Below are positions 61,747 to 64,000 of a DNA stretch of 64,000 nt, piece after piece (position 1 is the first letter of the stretch; every line of letters starts with the position of its first letter). The position numbers and the translations under genes were made by a program. The stretch is from the NCBI GenBank assembly GCA_044376115.1, contig JBILLK010000003.1, positions 384,001 through 448,000 on the forward strand, written 5' to 3'. This DNA is from Polyangiaceae bacterium. GTDB taxonomy: Bacteria > Myxococcota_A > Polyangia > Polyangiales > Polyangiaceae. The notes under the pieces are model-generated. The model was not told the origin of the DNA, searched no databases, and saw only the letters and a list, made by a program, of their open reading frames with translations.

Positions 61747-61770
61747 GTTGGTGGTCCTGCTTGGAAGGGG

Positions 61771-63087
61771 TCACTGAGCCCAGGATTGAAGGAGAGCGCG
61801 AGCTGCATCACGCCCGTCGGCAACGGCGTTGACCACCTCTTTGCCTCCGTTGATGCAGTCCCCGCCGGCGAAGATTTTGGGGTTGCCGGTTTGGCGGGTT
61901 TTACCGTCCACCACCACGCAGCCCTTGGCGTCCAGCGTCACGTCGGGCAAGGCTGAAGCCAGTGCGCGCAGCTTGGATTGACCGATAGCGAGAATGCATA
62001 GCTCACAGGGCACGAGCTTCTCGGTGCCTGCGACGGCTCTGCCGTCTTTGGCGTCGGCCACCATGGCGCCGGTGAGCGCTCCCGCCTCGTTGCGTACGAA
62101 GGATGTAATGACGGCGTGCGGGATGAAGCGCACACCTTCGATACGTGCCCCTTCGAGCTCGTGGGCGTAGCCGCTCATCTCCGCGACGCCGCGGCGATAG
62201 ACCATCGCCACGTCCTCGCAGCCGAGCCCGGCGCACTCACGCGCCACGTCGATCGCCGTGTTGCCGCCGCCGACGATCAGCACCGTGCCCTTCGGCTTGC
62301 TGATGGCGCCGAGCTTCATCTGCTCGATCCAGGCGGTCGCGCCGATGACGCCTTCCCCTGCTTCATTGGCTGCACCGAGCGACGTGTCTTCCCCGAGCCC
62401 GAGCCCGAGGAAGATCGCGTCATAGTGAGGTAGCAGTGCCGCTACGCCAGCGCCGTCGAGCTCGGAGCCGAGCTTTAGCTCGACCCCCATATCGACGATC
62501 CACTCGGCCTCGCGCACGGCGTCTTTGGCTTTGAGCTTATAAGGAGCAATGCCGGTGGTGTTGAGGCCACCGGGCACCGACCGCTTCTCGAAGATGGTGG
62601 CCTTGTGGCCCTCGAGCGCGAGCACGCCCGCGAACGCCAGGCTGCCAGGGCCAGCCCCAATGCAAGCGACCTTCTTGGGGTTGGCTATTTGTTTGGGGCT
62701 GAAGTGCGCCTTTGCGTCCGCGTTCAAGGCAGTTTCAGTGGCATAACGCTGGAGACGGCCAATCTGAATCGGCTCGCGTTCCCAGCCGTTGTACACGCAA
62801 TCCCCCACGCAAAGCTCCTCGACGGGGCATACGCGTGAACAAGAATAGCCAAGTAGATTTTGCTCCAGGATCTTCTTGGCGCTGCCTTTGACATTGCCCG
62901 AGGCGATCTTCTTGATGAAGGTGGGAATGTCGATCGCCGTTGGGCATGCCTTGATGCACGGAGCGTCCGTGCAATAGAGGCACCGCTCCGCTTCGGCGTG
63001 AGCCTCGGCGGGCGTGTACAGGGGCTTCTTGTCGCCGAAGCTCTCTTCGGCTCGGTCTGCCTTGAGCAGGTCGATGAGGTTTTGCAT
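61771..63087 (-). CDS. preT: Dihydropyrimidine dehydrogenase subunit PreT (GltD-like)
   Basis: RCLYCTDAPCIKACP, CSRVCP..LC, GAGP, GGGNTAID, FAGGD; adjacent to preA. Confidence 0.9.
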   Translation of the reverse strand: MQNLIDLLKADRAEESFGDKKPLYTPAEAHAEAERCLYCTDAPCIKACPTAIDIPTFIKKIASGNVKGSAKKILEQNLLGYSCSRVCPVEELCVGDCVYNGWEREPIQIGRLQRYATETALNADAKAHFSPKQIANPKKVACIGAGPGSLAFAGVLALEGHKATIFEKRSVPGGLNTTGIAPYKLKAKDAVREAEWIVDMGVELKLGSELDGAGVAALLPHYDAIFLGLGLGEDTSLGAANEAGEGVIGATAWIEQMKLGAISKPKGTVLIVGGGNTAIDVARECAGLGCEDVAMVYRRGVAEMSGYAHELEGARIEGVRFIPHAVITSFVRNEAGALTGAMVADAKDGRAVAGTEKLVPCELCILAIGQSKLRALASALPDVTLDAKGCVVVDGKTRQTGNPKIFAGGDCINGGKEVVNAVADGRDAARALLQSWAQ

Positions 63088-63108
63088 GGTTTGCCTCTGC
63101 GCTCCCGA

Positions 63109-64000
63109 TTAGCGGTTCTGGGGGAAGCCGAGATCAACCCCGCGGAAACGCGGATCCGGCCAGCGATTGATGATGACCTTGTTACGGGTGTAGAACTTGA
63201 CGCCGTCCGGCCCGTAGATGTGCAGATCTCCGAACAAGGACTGCTTCCAGCCGCCGAAGGAGTAGTAAGCCATGGGCACCGGGATAGGCACATTGATGCC
63301 GACCATGCCGACGCGGATCTCATGCTGGAACTTGCGCGCCGCACCGCCGTCATTGGTGAAGATGGCCGTACCGTTCGCGTATTGGTGCTCGTGGATGAGC
63401 CGAATGGCGTCGTCGTAGGTCTCGACCCGCACCACGCTGAGCACCGGCCCAAAAATCTCTTCTTGGTAGATGCGCATGTTGGGCGCCACCTTGTCGATTA
63501 GGCAGGGCCCGAGGAAGAAGCCGCGCTCATGGCCAGGGACCTTCAAGGTGCGGCCATCGATCAGCACGTCTGCGCCCTCGGAGGCGCCTTGGGCCACATA
63601 AGAAGCGACCTTCTCCATGTGTTGACGGGTGATGAGCGGGCCCATCTGCGAGGCCGGATCCAGCCCGTTGCCGACCTTGAGCTCGGCGATGCGCTCGCGG
63701 ATCTTCGGCAGCAGCTTGTCAGCGGCGCCGCCCACGGTGACGAGGACGCTAATGGCCATACAGCGCTCGCCAGCGGAGCCGTAACCGGCGCCCACCGCGG
63801 CGTCCGCCGCTAAGTCCATATCGGCGTCGGGTAGGACGACCATATGGTTCTTGGCGCCACCGAGCGCCTGTACGCGCTTGTTGTGTTGCGTGCCCGTCTC
63901 GTAGATGTACTTCGCAATCGGCGTGGAGCCAACGAAGCTAATGGCGTTGACCTCGGGGTGGGTGAGCAGACGATCGACGGCGACTTTGTCCCCGTGCACC
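63109..64000 (-). CDS. mmsA: CoA-acylating (methyl)malonate-semialdehyde dehydrogenase, 5' part outside the window
   Basis: SFVGSTPIA, GGAKNH, GSAGERCMA, GINVPIPVP, SFGGWK. Confidence 0.93.
   Translation of the reverse strand, partial: VHGDKVAVDRLLTHPEVNAISFVGSTPIAKYIYETGTQHNKRVQALGGAKNHMVVLPDADMDLAADAAVGAGYGSAGERCMAISVLVTVGGAADKLLPKIRERIAELKVGNGLDPASQMGPLITRQHMEKVASYVAQGASEGADVLIDGRTLKVPGHERGFFLGPCLIDKVAPNMRIYQEEIFGPVLSVVRVETYDDAIRLIHEHQYANGTAIFTNDGGAARKFQHEIRVGMVGINVPIPVPMAYYSFGGWKQSLFGDLHIYGPDGVKFYTRNKVIINRWPDPRFRGVDLGFPQNR

Overview
High-GC chromosomal window, most likely from a myxobacterium (Polyangiaceae/Sorangiineae-like), inferred from the DUF1552/DUF1592-type pair, the Cys-rich lipoproteins and three sigma factors. 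It is mostly core genome: rsmI, an RpoH-like sigma, mutL-miaA, an ECF sigma/anti-sigma/HtrA run, slyD, a MacAB-type exporter, an S1-domain protein, mrp, pyrG, dacB, an RpoD-like sigma, rpmI-rplT-pheS, carB, an ALDH/GS-like/Fe-ADH cluster, an S46 peptidase and mmsA-preT-preA. I found no rRNA, tRNA, CRISPR array, transposase or integrase. The best candidate for an undescribed system is 26.7-32.7 kb. Two very Cys-rich lipoproteins, one with an almost perfectly mirror-symmetric 24-Cys spacing that suggests a disulfide ladder, lie divergent from two CxxC redoxin lipoproteins and a DUF6029-like outer-membrane barrel. Other notable items are an aldo-keto reductase/polynucleotide kinase/degenerate HAD fusion, an orphan Imm49-like immunity gene, an RpoD-like sigma with a natural Q437H-equivalent change, and pheS/rpmI-rplT without adjacent pheT or infC. 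All family calls come from motif recognition by eye; no database search was run, and several start codons are my best estimates.
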